Positions 54,793 through 63,497 of a DNA stretch of 64,000 nt are shown here, one piece after another. The stretch is taken from positions 7,796 to 71,795 of the forward strand of contig JAGWOC010000006.1 of assembly GCA_028872875.1 (NCBI GenBank), written 5' to 3'. The stretch is from Chloroflexota bacterium (GTDB lineage Bacteria; Chloroflexota; Dehalococcoidia; DSTF01; JACRBR01). The position numbers were made by a program, and so were the translations under genes. A model generated the notes under the pieces. The model was not told the DNA's origin. It searched no databases and saw only the letters and a program-made list of their open reading frames with translations. Positions within the stretch are counted from its first letter, which is position 1; every line of letters begins with the position of its first letter.

Positions 54793-55024
54793 TGGAGGTG
54801 AGAGGCCGGAGGTCAGAGGTCAGGGGCACGCCCGACCGCCACGTCGTCGTAGCGAAGGAGCTTTAGCTCCGTTCTCCGCTGTGGCACGCCGCCCCGTAGG
54901 GACAGGCCTTCAGACGTGTCCGCCCGTGCGCGCCCTGGGGCTCGCGAAAGGCCGCTGCGGTTCGTCGTAGCGAAGGAGCGTTAGCTCCGTCCCCCGGTGT
55001 CGCACCCCGCACCGTGGGGACAGG
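54793..55024 (+). repeat. Heptamer array plus two 63-bp direct repeats containing GTAG-type REP-like hairpins
   Basis: NNRGAGG heptamers after the stop; copies 54844-54906 and 54962-55024 (8 mismatches by my alignment) with GTAG-CGAA-GGAGC-N4-GCTCC. Confidence 0.75.
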
Positions 55025-55031
55025 AGTGTAC

Positions 55032-55412
55032 ATGACCATCGACGCTGCCGAAGAACAGCCCGTCGCGCTGCGGCCGATGCTCGACTACGCTTCGGTGCGC
55101 ACCTGGCTCGACGGCCTCCGCCAGCACTGGGGCGGCGACCCCGCGACCGACGACCCCGAGCGCCTGCCCGTCCTCGAAGCGTTCTGCCGCTACGCCAACC
55201 GCGACCCCGACCAGATCATCAAGGAGACGACGATGATCAAGGACGGCGACAAGCGCATCCGCATCAAGGGCCGCAACAAGTACGCCGCCCTGATCGACGG
55301 GTGGCAGGCCGGCGTCGAGGGCTCCCGCATCCGCAAAGCGAAGTGGGGCAACACCGTCCGCAGCTTCCTCATCCACAACGGCGTCCTGCTTCAGTCGGGG
55401 GTGCAGACGTAA
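55032..55412 (+). CDS. Hypothetical helical protein
   Basis: CAGGAG RBS, strong GC3 bias, 126 aa. Confidence 0.75.
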   Translation: MTIDAAEEQPVALRPMLDYASVRTWLDGLRQHWGGDPATDDPERLPVLEAFCRYANRDPDQIIKETTMIKDGDKRIRIKGRNKYAALIDGWQAGVEGSRIRKAKWGNTVRSFLIHNGVLLQSGVQT

Positions 55413-55418
55413 CGCGAA

Positions 55419-55441
55419 GGGGCGCGCCCGCGGCGCGCCCC
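55419..55441. terminator. GC-rich hairpin between convergent genes
   Basis: GGGGCGCGCC-cgc-GGCGCGCCCC; no clear U tract. Confidence 0.45.
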
Positions 55442-55481
55442 CTGAACTACTCACTTTGAACTATAAACGGCGAACTCCCCC

Positions 55482-55781
55482 TTACGCCCGCCGCCGCTCC
55501 GACAGCACCACCGTCAGCCGCACGTCCTTGAGCACCGCCCGCGCCGCTTCGCCCTGGCCGATGTCGAGGCAATCGCAGTAGGCGGAGAAGATCGAGCGGT
55601 CGAGCAGCCTGAGCCCGGCCTCGTTCAGCTCGTCGAAGTGGTCCCGCCGCAGCCGCAGCAGGCGGCGCAGCCGGCTCAGGTAGCCGTCCTTGAGCTGCTC
55701 GGGGCGCGCCTTCGCGATCTCCGGGATCATCGCGCGCACGTCCTTCGCCGTCCGTGTCCTCGTCGTCTGGGCGCGCGCCAT
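55482..55781 (-). CDS. Hypothetical protein translationally coupled to the response regulator
   Basis: TGATG overlap; 99 aa, strong codon bias. Confidence 0.75.
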   Translation of the reverse strand: MARAQTTRTRTAKDVRAMIPEIAKARPEQLKDGYLSRLRRLLRLRRDHFDELNEAGLRLLDRSIFSAYCDCLDIGQGEAARAVLKDVRLTVVLSERRRA

Positions 55782-56509
55782 CAGCCGACCGCCGTCTCTT
55801 CCACGCCCAGCTCCGGCCCGCTGTCCAGTCCGACGATGCCCTTGCGGATCGCGTAGCGGATCAGGTCCGTGCGGTTCTGCGCGTGCAGCTTCGACATGAT
55901 GTGCGCCTTGTGCGCCTCCACCGTCTTCACGCTGATGAACAGCTCGCCGGCGATCTTCTGGTTCGAGTACCCCTCGGCGATCAGTTGCAGCACCTCGCGC
56001 TCGCGGCTGGTCAGCAGGTCGAAGCCGGTCTTCGACTCAGGCTTCTTCGCCTGCCACAGGTAGTCCTGCACCGCGTCGCCGTCGCTGATCGACGAGCTGA
56101 AGTACGTGTTGCCGCGGTGCACCGACTGGATGCCGAGCAGCAGCTCCTGGACGTCCGACTTCTTGACGACGTAGCCACTGGCGCCCGCCCGCAGCGCGGC
56201 GAGGATCTGCTCGTCCTCCATGTAGCCGGTGAGGATCAGCACTTTCGTCTTCGGCGCGCGGCGGCGGATCTGGCGCGTCGCCTCCAGGCCGTTCAGGCCC
56301 GGCATCACCATGTCCATCAGCACCACGTCCGGGTGCAGCTTCTCGACCGATTCCAGCGCCTCGCGGCCGTTCGCGGCGTCGCCGACGACGTCGACTTCGG
56401 ACTGCGCCTCCAGCAACATCTTCAGCGCCTGCCGCAGCACCGCGTGGTCATCGACGATCAGGACCTTGATGCGTCCTGCGTGCGCCCGCGGCGCGTTCCC
56501 ACCGATCAT
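55781..56509 (-). CDS. NarL/LuxR family response regulator
   Basis: IVDDH, VLMD, GYVVK receiver; LTSREREVLQLIAEGYSNQKIAGELFISVKTVEAH HTH. Confidence 0.95.
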   Translation of the reverse strand: MIGGNAPRAHAGRIKVLIVDDHAVLRQALKMLLEAQSEVDVVGDAANGREALESVEKLHPDVVLMDMVMPGLNGLEATRQIRRRAPKTKVLILTGYMEDEQILAALRAGASGYVVKKSDVQELLLGIQSVHRGNTYFSSSISDGDAVQDYLWQAKKPESKTGFDLLTSREREVLQLIAEGYSNQKIAGELFISVKTVEAHKAHIMSKLHAQNRTDLIRYAIRKGIVGLDSGPELGVEETAVG

Positions 56510-56611
56510 CTGGCTCCCTCCATCCTGCTCGTGGCGCACATCCTGCGCCCATCTCTGCGTTGCTCAGCCCCCGAAACCCCTAAGGGTTTCTTAAGGGAGT
56601 CCGCCGAAGTA

Positions 56612-56845
56612 TTACGCGCCGGCCCGGGCGGGCAAAGCCGGCTCCTGCCCCAGGTCCGGCAACAGCGCCACCGCCGCCCCGACCGCCGCCGCTTCCTCGT
56701 GCACCGAGCGCCCCTGCGGCTCGACGGATGCGGGGTACACGCGCGCTGCGCCGCAGCGCTTGCAACGCCCCCGCACCAGGTCGTCCTCGCCGGGCGCGCC
56801 CAGCACCCAGTGGTGCACACAGGGGTCCATCGATGATTCGGGCAT
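56612..56845 (-). CDS. Small zinc-ribbon-like protein
   Basis: CVHHWVL...GRCKRCG; GGAGG RBS. Confidence 0.65.
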   Translation of the reverse strand: MPESSMDPCVHHWVLGAPGEDDLVRGRCKRCGAARVYPASVEPQGRSVHEEAAAVGAAVALLPDLGQEPALPARAGA

Positions 56846-56903
56846 CTGCCACCTCCGCCAATCCGAACGACGGGATTATCCGCCCGTTGCAGATCCCTGC
56901 ACA

Positions 56904-56954
56904 TACGGGTTTCCCCTGACAAACCGTAGGGGATTACCCCTAATTTCCGTAGGG
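56904..56954. promoter_or_regulatory. 23-bp-phased palindromic boxes, candidate NarL/LuxR operator array
   Basis: TACGGG-TTTC-CCCTGA (56904), TAGGGG-ATTA-CCCCTA (56927), half site TAGGG (56950); related GAAACCC-CTAA-GGGTTTC at 56573. Confidence 0.6.
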
Positions 56955-57223
56955 AGCGTAGGTGCGCAGGCGTCGCCGAAGCAGGGCGCTCGGCGGCGGC
57001 CGTCGGGCGGCCGGGTGGTCGCGGGTCGATGGCTGCGGTGATGCCGGTGGGTAGTCGGCCGCCGATGACTCGGGGAGGCCGCCACATCGAGCGGCGGCGC
57101 CCGGCGCGCCGCCCTGCGGCCGCGATTCCTTGACCCCCTTCGAAGCCCGATGCTACCTTGGGACGGACGGCGGAGTGGCGGCCTTGCGTGTCGCCCGCGC
57201 GCAGCGCATCCGCCGCAGCGCAT

Positions 57224-57300
57224 GGTGGGCGTAGCCTAGCGGTTAAGGCGCCAGGTTGTGGCCCTGGAGATCGAGGGTTCAAATCCCTCCGTCCACCCCA
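57224..57300 (+). tRNA. tRNA-His (GTG)
   Basis: G-1, acceptor GTGGGCG/CGTCCAC, anticodon arm CCAGG-TTGTGGC-CCTGG, GGTTCAAATCC, encoded CCA. Confidence 0.96.
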
Positions 57301-57337
57301 TCCCTCCATCGACAGCACGTCCCCGAAGGAGCCCCCA

Positions 57338-58393
57338 GTGCCCGAACACGAGACGCCGCAGCCGGCCGATGGCTCCGCCGCGCCGGAGCCCATCGAGACG
57401 GCGCCCGCCCCGGCGGAAGAAGCGCCCTCCGTAGCCATCGATGGCGAGGATTCGCCGGAGGCGCCCGAGCGCGCTGGCCGGGGCATGCGCTGGCTGCAGC
57501 TCGTCGGGGTGGCGGTCGTGCCCGCGGTCATCGTCGGGCTGGCGGTGTGGTTCTTCGCGCCAGGAGCAAGCGGGAGCGGCCGCTCGGGGCAGGATGTCGC
57601 GAGCGTGCTCAACGCCTTCAGCGCCCAGCCGAACACGACGACGAGGCGCTTCGAGGGCCAGCTACCGCCGGGGTTCCCTGGCGGCGTGCCGACGTATCCG
57701 GGCGCACACATCGTCTCGTCGCTGCTCCAGATTCGCGGCGCCGATGCCGCCTACCTCGTCGTGTACGACACGGGGGCAGCGCAGGATACGGTCGCAGCGT
57801 ATTACCAGGACAAGCTGAACGCCGACCCGTGGCAACTGCAGGGCGGCCAGTCAGACACGAACGGCGCGCTGCATCAGTTCAGCGACACCAAGGACCCGAG
57901 CCTGTCGGGGCTGGTGCTCATCTCGGCTTCGGTCGGCGGCAACGTGACGACAATCCTGGAGAGCGTGACGGTGATCGGCGGCGCGAAGGCGGCGGGCTCC
58001 CAAGCGTATGCGCCGGGGCCGAGCAAGGCCCTCCCGGCCGGCTTCCCGTCGGGGATTCAGCCCTACCCGGGCTCGACCACGACATCGGCGGCGTACCGGA
58101 AGCAGCCGCAGGCCACCTCGTACATCGTCACCTTCGTGACGAAGGATGCCGCGGGCAAGGTGCTCGACTACTACCGGAAGCAGTTGGCGGCCAACGGCTG
58201 GACGGTCCAGGATGGCACCTCGCCGTCCCCTCCGGCCGCGACGCCGACCCAGCCGGCGACGGCGATCACGTTCAAGGACAGCACGTCGAAGATCTCGGGC
58301 AGCATTACGACCGGCACAGTTGCACAGGACGCGAGCTACACCAGCATCGACGTGCAGGTGTCTGTCAGCACGGCGAGCGCGGGCGGCAACTGA
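57338..58393 (+). CDS. Membrane-anchored extracytoplasmic protein with two tandem domains
   Basis: AAGGAG RBS; single TM; two repeats of LPxGFPxxxxxYPG...V.xYYxxxLxxxxW. Confidence 0.75.
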   Translation: MPEHETPQPADGSAAPEPIETAPAPAEEAPSVAIDGEDSPEAPERAGRGMRWLQLVGVAVVPAVIVGLAVWFFAPGASGSGRSGQDVASVLNAFSAQPNTTTRRFEGQLPPGFPGGVPTYPGAHIVSSLLQIRGADAAYLVVYDTGAAQDTVAAYYQDKLNADPWQLQGGQSDTNGALHQFSDTKDPSLSGLVLISASVGGNVTTILESVTVIGGAKAAGSQAYAPGPSKALPAGFPSGIQPYPGSTTTSAAYRKQPQATSYIVTFVTKDAAGKVLDYYRKQLAANGWTVQDGTSPSPPAATPTQPATAITFKDSTSKISGSITTGTVAQDASYTSIDVQVSVSTASAGGN

Positions 58394-58504
58394 GCGTCCA
58401 GTGGCGGACGCTGCGCCCGCGTTGAGCCGTGCCGGGTGGCCGGAGCAGCGGGGCCTCTGTGCTAGACTACCCGCGCGACGCGCCGGTGCCGGCGCCGACC
58501 TCTC

Positions 58505-58580
58505 GCGCTCGTAGCTCAGCGGATAGAGCATCGGTCTTCGGAACCGGGGGTCGGGGGTTCGAATCCCTCCGAGCGCGCCA
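58505..58580 (+). tRNA. tRNA-Arg (TCG)
   Basis: Acceptor GCGCTCG/CGAGCGC, anticodon loop CT-TCG-GA, GGTTCGAATCC, encoded CCA. Confidence 0.95.
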
Positions 58581-58616
58581 CGCATTTTGAATCTGAAACC
58601 GCCGTGTTGCCGCGTC

Positions 58617-58691
58617 GAGCGTCCGCGGCGCGCTGTCGATCGATAGGAGGGAGCAGTTCCATGGTGTCGTACAAGTGCGTGATCCTCGGCG
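58617..58691 (+). repeat. About 70-bp direct-repeat copy of 61444-61514 (RBS and first codons of the FAD oxidoreductase)
   Basis: TCCGCGGCGCGCTGTCGAT..AGGAxGGAGCAGTTCCATGGTGTCGTACAAGTxCGTGATCCTCGGCG at both sites. Confidence 0.9.
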
Positions 58692-58927
58692 CTCCTTCGC
58701 GGCGCCCTCCCGTTGGGCGAGCACATCCATCACTCCGGCGGCAAGAGAAGTCAACGGGTCAGCGACGTGAGTGATTGCCGGAGACATGGTTAACAGTCGC
58801 CGGAATCCGAGAGATGGCGCCGCAAACCACTTGACTCCTTCCGCCAGGGCGCGTCGGGGTTGCCAGCGCTCGCCGGACAGACCGTCGAAAAGCGGGCTTG
58901 CGGTGCCCAGGTTGCCGATGTAGAGTA

Positions 58928-58947
58928 GTAGTCATGGTCACGACTAC
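58928..58947. promoter_or_regulatory. GTAGT-N10-ACTAC operator 1 (overlaps regulator start)
   Basis: TA-GTAGT-CATGGTCACG-ACTAC-G; same motif at 59828. Confidence 0.7.
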
Positions 58948-59800
58948 GAGCGCCGCGATCGAGCATCTCCAGGAAGTGGGCTTCGGCGAGTACGAGGCCA
59001 AGGCGTACACGACGCTCATTCAGCGTGGGCCGCTCACCGGATACCAGCTTGCCAAGGCGTCCGGCATCCCGCGCCCCAACGTGTACCCGGTGATCGATCG
59101 CCTTGAGAAGCGCGGGGCCGTGACGCGGATCGAGGTCGGCGACGGCGTGAAGTACGCGGCGCTGCCGGCCGCGGAGATGCTGGCGCGGCTCTCACGCGCC
59201 GTCGAAGCACATCTTGCCAGTGCGGGAAGCGCGCTTGGCGACCTGGCTCAGGCGACGACGTCAGAATACTCGTGGAATATCGAGGGGTACGACAACGCAC
59301 TGGCGCGCGCCGAGCAGCTCATCACCGGCGCCCGTGAACGGGTGCTCATCGGCCTCTGGTCGAGGGAGTCGGCCCGTCTTGCCGCAGCGGTTGCAGCCGC
59401 CCAAGCGCGCGGGGTCCGAATCGTTACGCTCTGCATCGAGGGTTGCGCTGAGGAATGCGGCCGGTGTCGGGGCGACGTGTATCGATACGCGGTGGCGGAG
59501 GAAGCGGCTACGCGCTGGCTGATAGTCGTCGCGGACGATCGCGAGATCCTCGTGGGGCAAACCTCGCGCGGTGGTGAGACGCAAGCCGCCCAGACGTCGC
59601 TCGAGGTCTTCGTGTCGATGGCGTCCCAGTATCTCCGCGACGCCATCGCCACTGCGGAGATCGCCCGCAGCCTCGGAGCCCGGCTGCCGAAACTGCTCGA
59701 CCGCGAGGCTGCGGACGCGCTCCAGGGAGGCGGCCTCGCCGCGGGTGGCGAGTCGTGGCTCAAGCGGATGTCGGCGATCGTACGGCGAACGCCCAGGTGA
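58934..59800 (+). CDS. TrmB family transcriptional regulator with Cys cluster
   Basis: LQEVGFGEYEAKAY..SGIPRPNVY..L HTH; C-x3-C-x3-C-x2-C in effector domain. Confidence 0.9.
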   Translation: MVTTTSAAIEHLQEVGFGEYEAKAYTTLIQRGPLTGYQLAKASGIPRPNVYPVIDRLEKRGAVTRIEVGDGVKYAALPAAEMLARLSRAVEAHLASAGSALGDLAQATTSEYSWNIEGYDNALARAEQLITGARERVLIGLWSRESARLAAAVAAAQARGVRIVTLCIEGCAEECGRCRGDVYRYAVAEEAATRWLIVVADDREILVGQTSRGGETQAAQTSLEVFVSMASQYLRDAIATAEIARSLGARLPKLLDREAADALQGGGLAAGGESWLKRMSAIVRRTPR

Positions 59801-59827
59801 GGAGGTTCTCTTTATGCGCACTCGATA

Positions 59828-59847
59828 GTAGTTATATACGCCACTAC
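59828..59847. promoter_or_regulatory. GTAGT-N10-ACTAC operator 2
   Basis: TA-GTAGT-TATATACGCC-ACTAC-G upstream of the downstream genes. Confidence 0.7.
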
Positions 59848-59876
59848 GCACCGATAGCTCCGAACGGCTCCCGATC

Positions 59877-60557
59877 ATGCAACACAGCACATTCCGCAGA
59901 TATCTCGGCATCTTCGTCCCCGTCGCGGTGGTAGCCATCGCCGGCGCAGTGGTCGTCGGCTTCTCCGGCCGGGGTGACTCCCGCAACGCTCACGCCAACA
60001 ACCACACGCAGAACAGTGACAGCGCGATCGCGTTCCGCAATGACGTCAGAAAGCTCTGGGAGGACCACGTGACGTGGACGCGCCTGGCGATCATCGCCAT
60101 CGCCGACGGGCGGCCCGAACAAGGGGCGACCGTCGACCGTCTGCTCCAGAACCAGACGGACATCGGCAACGCGATCAAGCCCTACTACGGTGACGCGGCG
60201 GGGAATCAGTTGACCGCATTGCTGCGTGACCACATCGTGACCGCCGCGGAGATCATCACGGACGCGAAGGCCGGCAACACGGCTGGCGTCAACGACGCCA
60301 AGGCACGCTGGTACGCCAATGGCGACGCGATTGCGACGTTGCTCAACGGGGCGAACCCGCAGCAGTGGCCGCTGGACCACATGAAGCAGATGATGCGCGA
60401 GCACCTCGATCTGACGCTCGCCGAGGCCGTTGCGCATCTCTCGGCCGACTGGCCGGCAGACGTCGTGGCGTACGACCGGGTGCACACGGCGATTCTCAGC
60501 ATGGCCGACATGCTCAGCCTCGGGATCATCAACCAGTTCCCGAAGCAGTTCCGATAA
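59877..60557 (+). CDS. Secreted helical-bundle protein with spaced His (RKLWEDHVTWTR family)
   Basis: N-terminal signal/TM; WEDH, LRDH, MREH, RVH on successive helices; function unknown. Confidence 0.75.
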   Translation: MQHSTFRRYLGIFVPVAVVAIAGAVVVGFSGRGDSRNAHANNHTQNSDSAIAFRNDVRKLWEDHVTWTRLAIIAIADGRPEQGATVDRLLQNQTDIGNAIKPYYGDAAGNQLTALLRDHIVTAAEIITDAKAGNTAGVNDAKARWYANGDAIATLLNGANPQQWPLDHMKQMMREHLDLTLAEAVAHLSADWPADVVAYDRVHTAILSMADMLSLGIINQFPKQFR

Positions 60558-60611
60558 CGCACATGTGGGGCGGAGGTGCCAGGGCGCACGCCCAGCCAGG
60601 AGGAAGTCACG

Positions 60612-61469
60612 ATGACAGCGCAACCGTCACCTGAGGTTGACTGTGAGATTCCGGTTGCCGGCGCGGCCGTACCGCTCTCGCACGAATTGCTCTGGGGCCT
60701 GGACTGGCTCGCGTTGCGAGCATCGAAGGTGTACCGGGGTGAGGGTGTGCCGCGCGGCCACGGCGAGCCGGTCATCGTCGTCCCGGGCTTCCTTGGGTCG
60801 TACCATGGCTTGCACGAGCTCACGGACTGGCTCGCGCGCAGCGGCTACGCCGTAAGCGACCCGGGATTCGAGCGCAACGTCGCGTGCCCGGACACCCTGC
60901 TCGAACGCCTGGAGGGCCGCATTGCCGGCGAGTATGCCGCCCACGGGCGGCCGGTGTCGCTGGTCGGCCACAGCCTGGGCGGATCACTGGCGCGTGCCGC
61001 GGCGGCGCGCATGCCGGAGCACATCTCGCACGTCATCACGCTGGGGTCGCCGCTCCGCGAGATGCGAGCCCATCCGCTCGTCGCGGAGCTCGCGCGCCTG
61101 GCCGCGGCACTCGCGCCGTCGCCGCACCGCACGCACGCGGGGCACGAGCACGGCCCGACGTGTTCGTGCGAACTGGCCGATGCGCTGGCCCAGCCCCTCG
61201 CGCCCGGCATCCGGCGCACCGCCATCTTCAGCCGCCGTGATGGCGTCGTCGACTGGCGCACCTCGATGGAAGGAGATGCCTCCGTCGATGTCGAGGTCGG
61301 CGGGACGCACATCGGTCTCGCCGTCAACCCACGCGCTTACGCGGCCATCGCCCTTGCGCTCGCGTCGCAGCCGCAGCCGCAGACGTCGGCACGGGCTCCA
61401 GGACGCGACGGAGCGAGCAAGCCCGCGGTCGCCATGGCCGGCGGAGCATCCGCGGCGCGCTGTCGATAG
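60612..61469 (+). CDS. Alpha/beta hydrolase (esterase/lipase-like)
   Basis: VVPGFL, GHSLGG, ITLGSP, DGVV, THIG. Confidence 0.88.
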   Translation: MTAQPSPEVDCEIPVAGAAVPLSHELLWGLDWLALRASKVYRGEGVPRGHGEPVIVVPGFLGSYHGLHELTDWLARSGYAVSDPGFERNVACPDTLLERLEGRIAGEYAAHGRPVSLVGHSLGGSLARAAAARMPEHISHVITLGSPLREMRAHPLVAELARLAAALAPSPHRTHAGHEHGPTCSCELADALAQPLAPGIRRTAIFSRRDGVVDWRTSMEGDASVDVEVGGTHIGLAVNPRAYAAIALALASQPQPQTSARAPGRDGASKPAVAMAGGASAARCR

Positions 61470-61483
61470 GAAGGAGCAGTTCC

Positions 61484-62716
61484 ATGGTGTCGTACAAGTA
61501 CGTGATCCTCGGCGGCGGGATGGTCGCCGGGTACGCGGCCAGGGAGTTCGTCGAGCGCGGCGTCGGGCCCGGCGAGCTGGCCATCCTCTCGTCCGACTCG
61601 GTCCCACCGTACGAGCGTCCGCCGCTATCGAAAGGCTTCCTCGCGGGCGTCGACAGCGAAGACAGCATTTTGATCAACCCCGAATCCTTCTACGCGGAAC
61701 ACGGCATCGATCTACGACTCACGACGCGCGTCGTGCGAGTCGACCCGAACGCGAAGCGTCTATTCACGAGCGCTGGCGACGAGTTCGGCTTCGACAAGCT
61801 GCTGATCGCCACCGGCGCGAATGTCCGCATGCTCGAGACGCCGGGCGCGGCGCTCGATGGCGTCTTCTCCCTGCGCACGTTTGACGACGCCAGGCGTTTG
61901 CGAGACGCCTCCAAACACGCACAGCAGGCGGTGGTGGTCGGGGGCGGCTTCATCGCCATGGAGGTCGCTTCGGTGCTGGCGACCGCGGGCGTCAAGACGA
62001 CCATGCTCTTTCCTGAGGATCGCGTCTGGATGCGGCTGTTCTCACCGGAGATGTCGATGTTCTTCGCGCGGTACTACCAGCAGCGGGACGTGACGTTCGT
62101 CGCCGGCGAGACCGCCACGGCCCTCGAGGGCACCGGCAACGTGACCGAGGTCGTGACTTCGAGTGGCCGGCGTGTACCCGCAGACCTCGTCGTCGCCGGC
62201 ATCGGCGTGGTGCCGGCGCTCGACGCTGTCAGCGATAGCGGCGTCACGATCGACAACGGCGTCCGCGTGAACGAGTTCCTCGAGACGGGACGCGCCGATG
62301 TCTACGCCGCCGGAGACATCGCCAACTACCGCGACGTGATCTTCGAGAAGCAGCGTCGCGCCGAGCACTGGGATAACGCGGTGGAGCAAGGGAAACATGC
62401 CGCCCGCGCAATGCTGGGTGAGCGGGAGCCCTTCATCCACGTGCCGTACTTCTTCTCCGACGTCTTCGACCTCTCGTACGAGTTCTGGGGCGACGCGGCG
62501 GATGCCGACCGCGTCGTGTACCGCGGAGACGTCTCGACGCGCAGCTTCAGCGCTTGGTGGCTCCGGGATCGCCATGTTCGCGCTGCCTTCGTGATGGATC
62601 GACCTGACGACGAGCGAGAACGCGCGCCCGTGTGGATCGCGGAGCACCAGCAGGTGGACGCGGAGCGCATGTCCGATGAAACGGTGCCGCTTTCGGATCT
62701 CATGGTGAAGAGCTGA
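61484..62716 (+). CDS. FAD-dependent oxidoreductase (ferredoxin reductase / monodehydroascorbate reductase-like)
   Basis: GGGMVAG, PYERPPLSKG, IATGA, VGGGFIAME, AAGDIA, EHWDNA, PYFFSD. Confidence 0.92.
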   Translation: MVSYKYVILGGGMVAGYAAREFVERGVGPGELAILSSDSVPPYERPPLSKGFLAGVDSEDSILINPESFYAEHGIDLRLTTRVVRVDPNAKRLFTSAGDEFGFDKLLIATGANVRMLETPGAALDGVFSLRTFDDARRLRDASKHAQQAVVVGGGFIAMEVASVLATAGVKTTMLFPEDRVWMRLFSPEMSMFFARYYQQRDVTFVAGETATALEGTGNVTEVVTSSGRRVPADLVVAGIGVVPALDAVSDSGVTIDNGVRVNEFLETGRADVYAAGDIANYRDVIFEKQRRAEHWDNAVEQGKHAARAMLGEREPFIHVPYFFSDVFDLSYEFWGDAADADRVVYRGDVSTRSFSAWWLRDRHVRAAFVMDRPDDERERAPVWIAEHQQVDAERMSDETVPLSDLMVKS

Positions 62717-62795
62717 GGGCCGGGAGCCGAGGCACCAAGCTCAATGTGGAAGTTGGCGCCGGCACGCTGGCCGGCGGCCAGGAAGGAGTACACCC

Positions 62796-63497
62796 ATGCC
62801 CGCATTCGTCGAAGAACGGACCACTGATGCTCGAGGCGTCGCACTGCTGGACAACGAGCCATTTCCGGACACGATGAAACTGCGCCGACGGAACATATCA
62901 GAGGCGCAGTTCGGGCAACTTGAGCAGCACGCCGCAGCGATCTTCTCGGCATTAGGTATGGACCTCGATACGACGACGACAATGAAGACGCCCGAACGCT
63001 TCATACGGGCCCTCTTCGACGCGACGTCGGGCTACGAGGGAGATCCCAAGCTGATCACCGTGTTCGATACGGAATGCCATGGGGGTTCGCACTGCCGCTC
63101 GAGCCAGGTGATCGAGGGACCGATTCCCTTCTTCTCGCTGTGCGAGCATCACGCCCTCCCATTCTACGGATGCGCCTACGTCGGGTACATCGCGCATGAG
63201 CACATCATCGGCGTCTCCAAGCTCACACGTCTCGTGCGCCTCTTTGCCCGACGCTTCTCGGTGCAGGAGCGTATCGGGCAAGAGGTCGCCGATACGCTCG
63301 AGGTGATGCTCGAGCCGCATGGCATCGCCGTGTATCTGCAGGCGCATCATCTGTGCACGCAGATGCGGGGCGTTGCTGAGGTGTCGCCACTCACGCGGAC
63401 GACTTTCTGGCGCGGCGCATACGACAGCGACGCATCTCTGCGTGCAGAGTTCCTGACTGCGTGTGGTTTGCAAAGTGACCGAACTCACTCCGTTTGA
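62796..63497 (+). CDS. folE: GTP cyclohydrolase I
   Basis: TPER, SLCEHHALPF, GVSKLTR, VQER, HLCTQMRGV. Confidence 0.92.
   Translation: MPAFVEERTTDARGVALLDNEPFPDTMKLRRRNISEAQFGQLEQHAAAIFSALGMDLDTTTTMKTPERFIRALFDATSGYEGDPKLITVFDTECHGGSHCRSSQVIEGPIPFFSLCEHHALPFYGCAYVGYIAHEHIIGVSKLTRLVRLFARRFSVQERIGQEVADTLEVMLEPHGIAVYLQAHHLCTQMRGVAEVSPLTRTTFWRGAYDSDASLRAEFLTACGLQSDRTHSV

Noticed and set aside
54844-55024. CRISPR array
   Set aside because: Only two units, the sequence after the hairpin is also repeated, and there are no cas genes
56955-57223. Structured ncRNA upstream of tRNA-His
   Set aside because: GC-rich but no recognisable RNA family; contains only a plausible tRNA promoter (TTGACC-N18-TACCTT at 57130)
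59877-60557. Glycosyltransferase or acetylglutamate kinase label often attached to this family
   Set aside because: No catalytic motifs of either; short secreted all-helical protein
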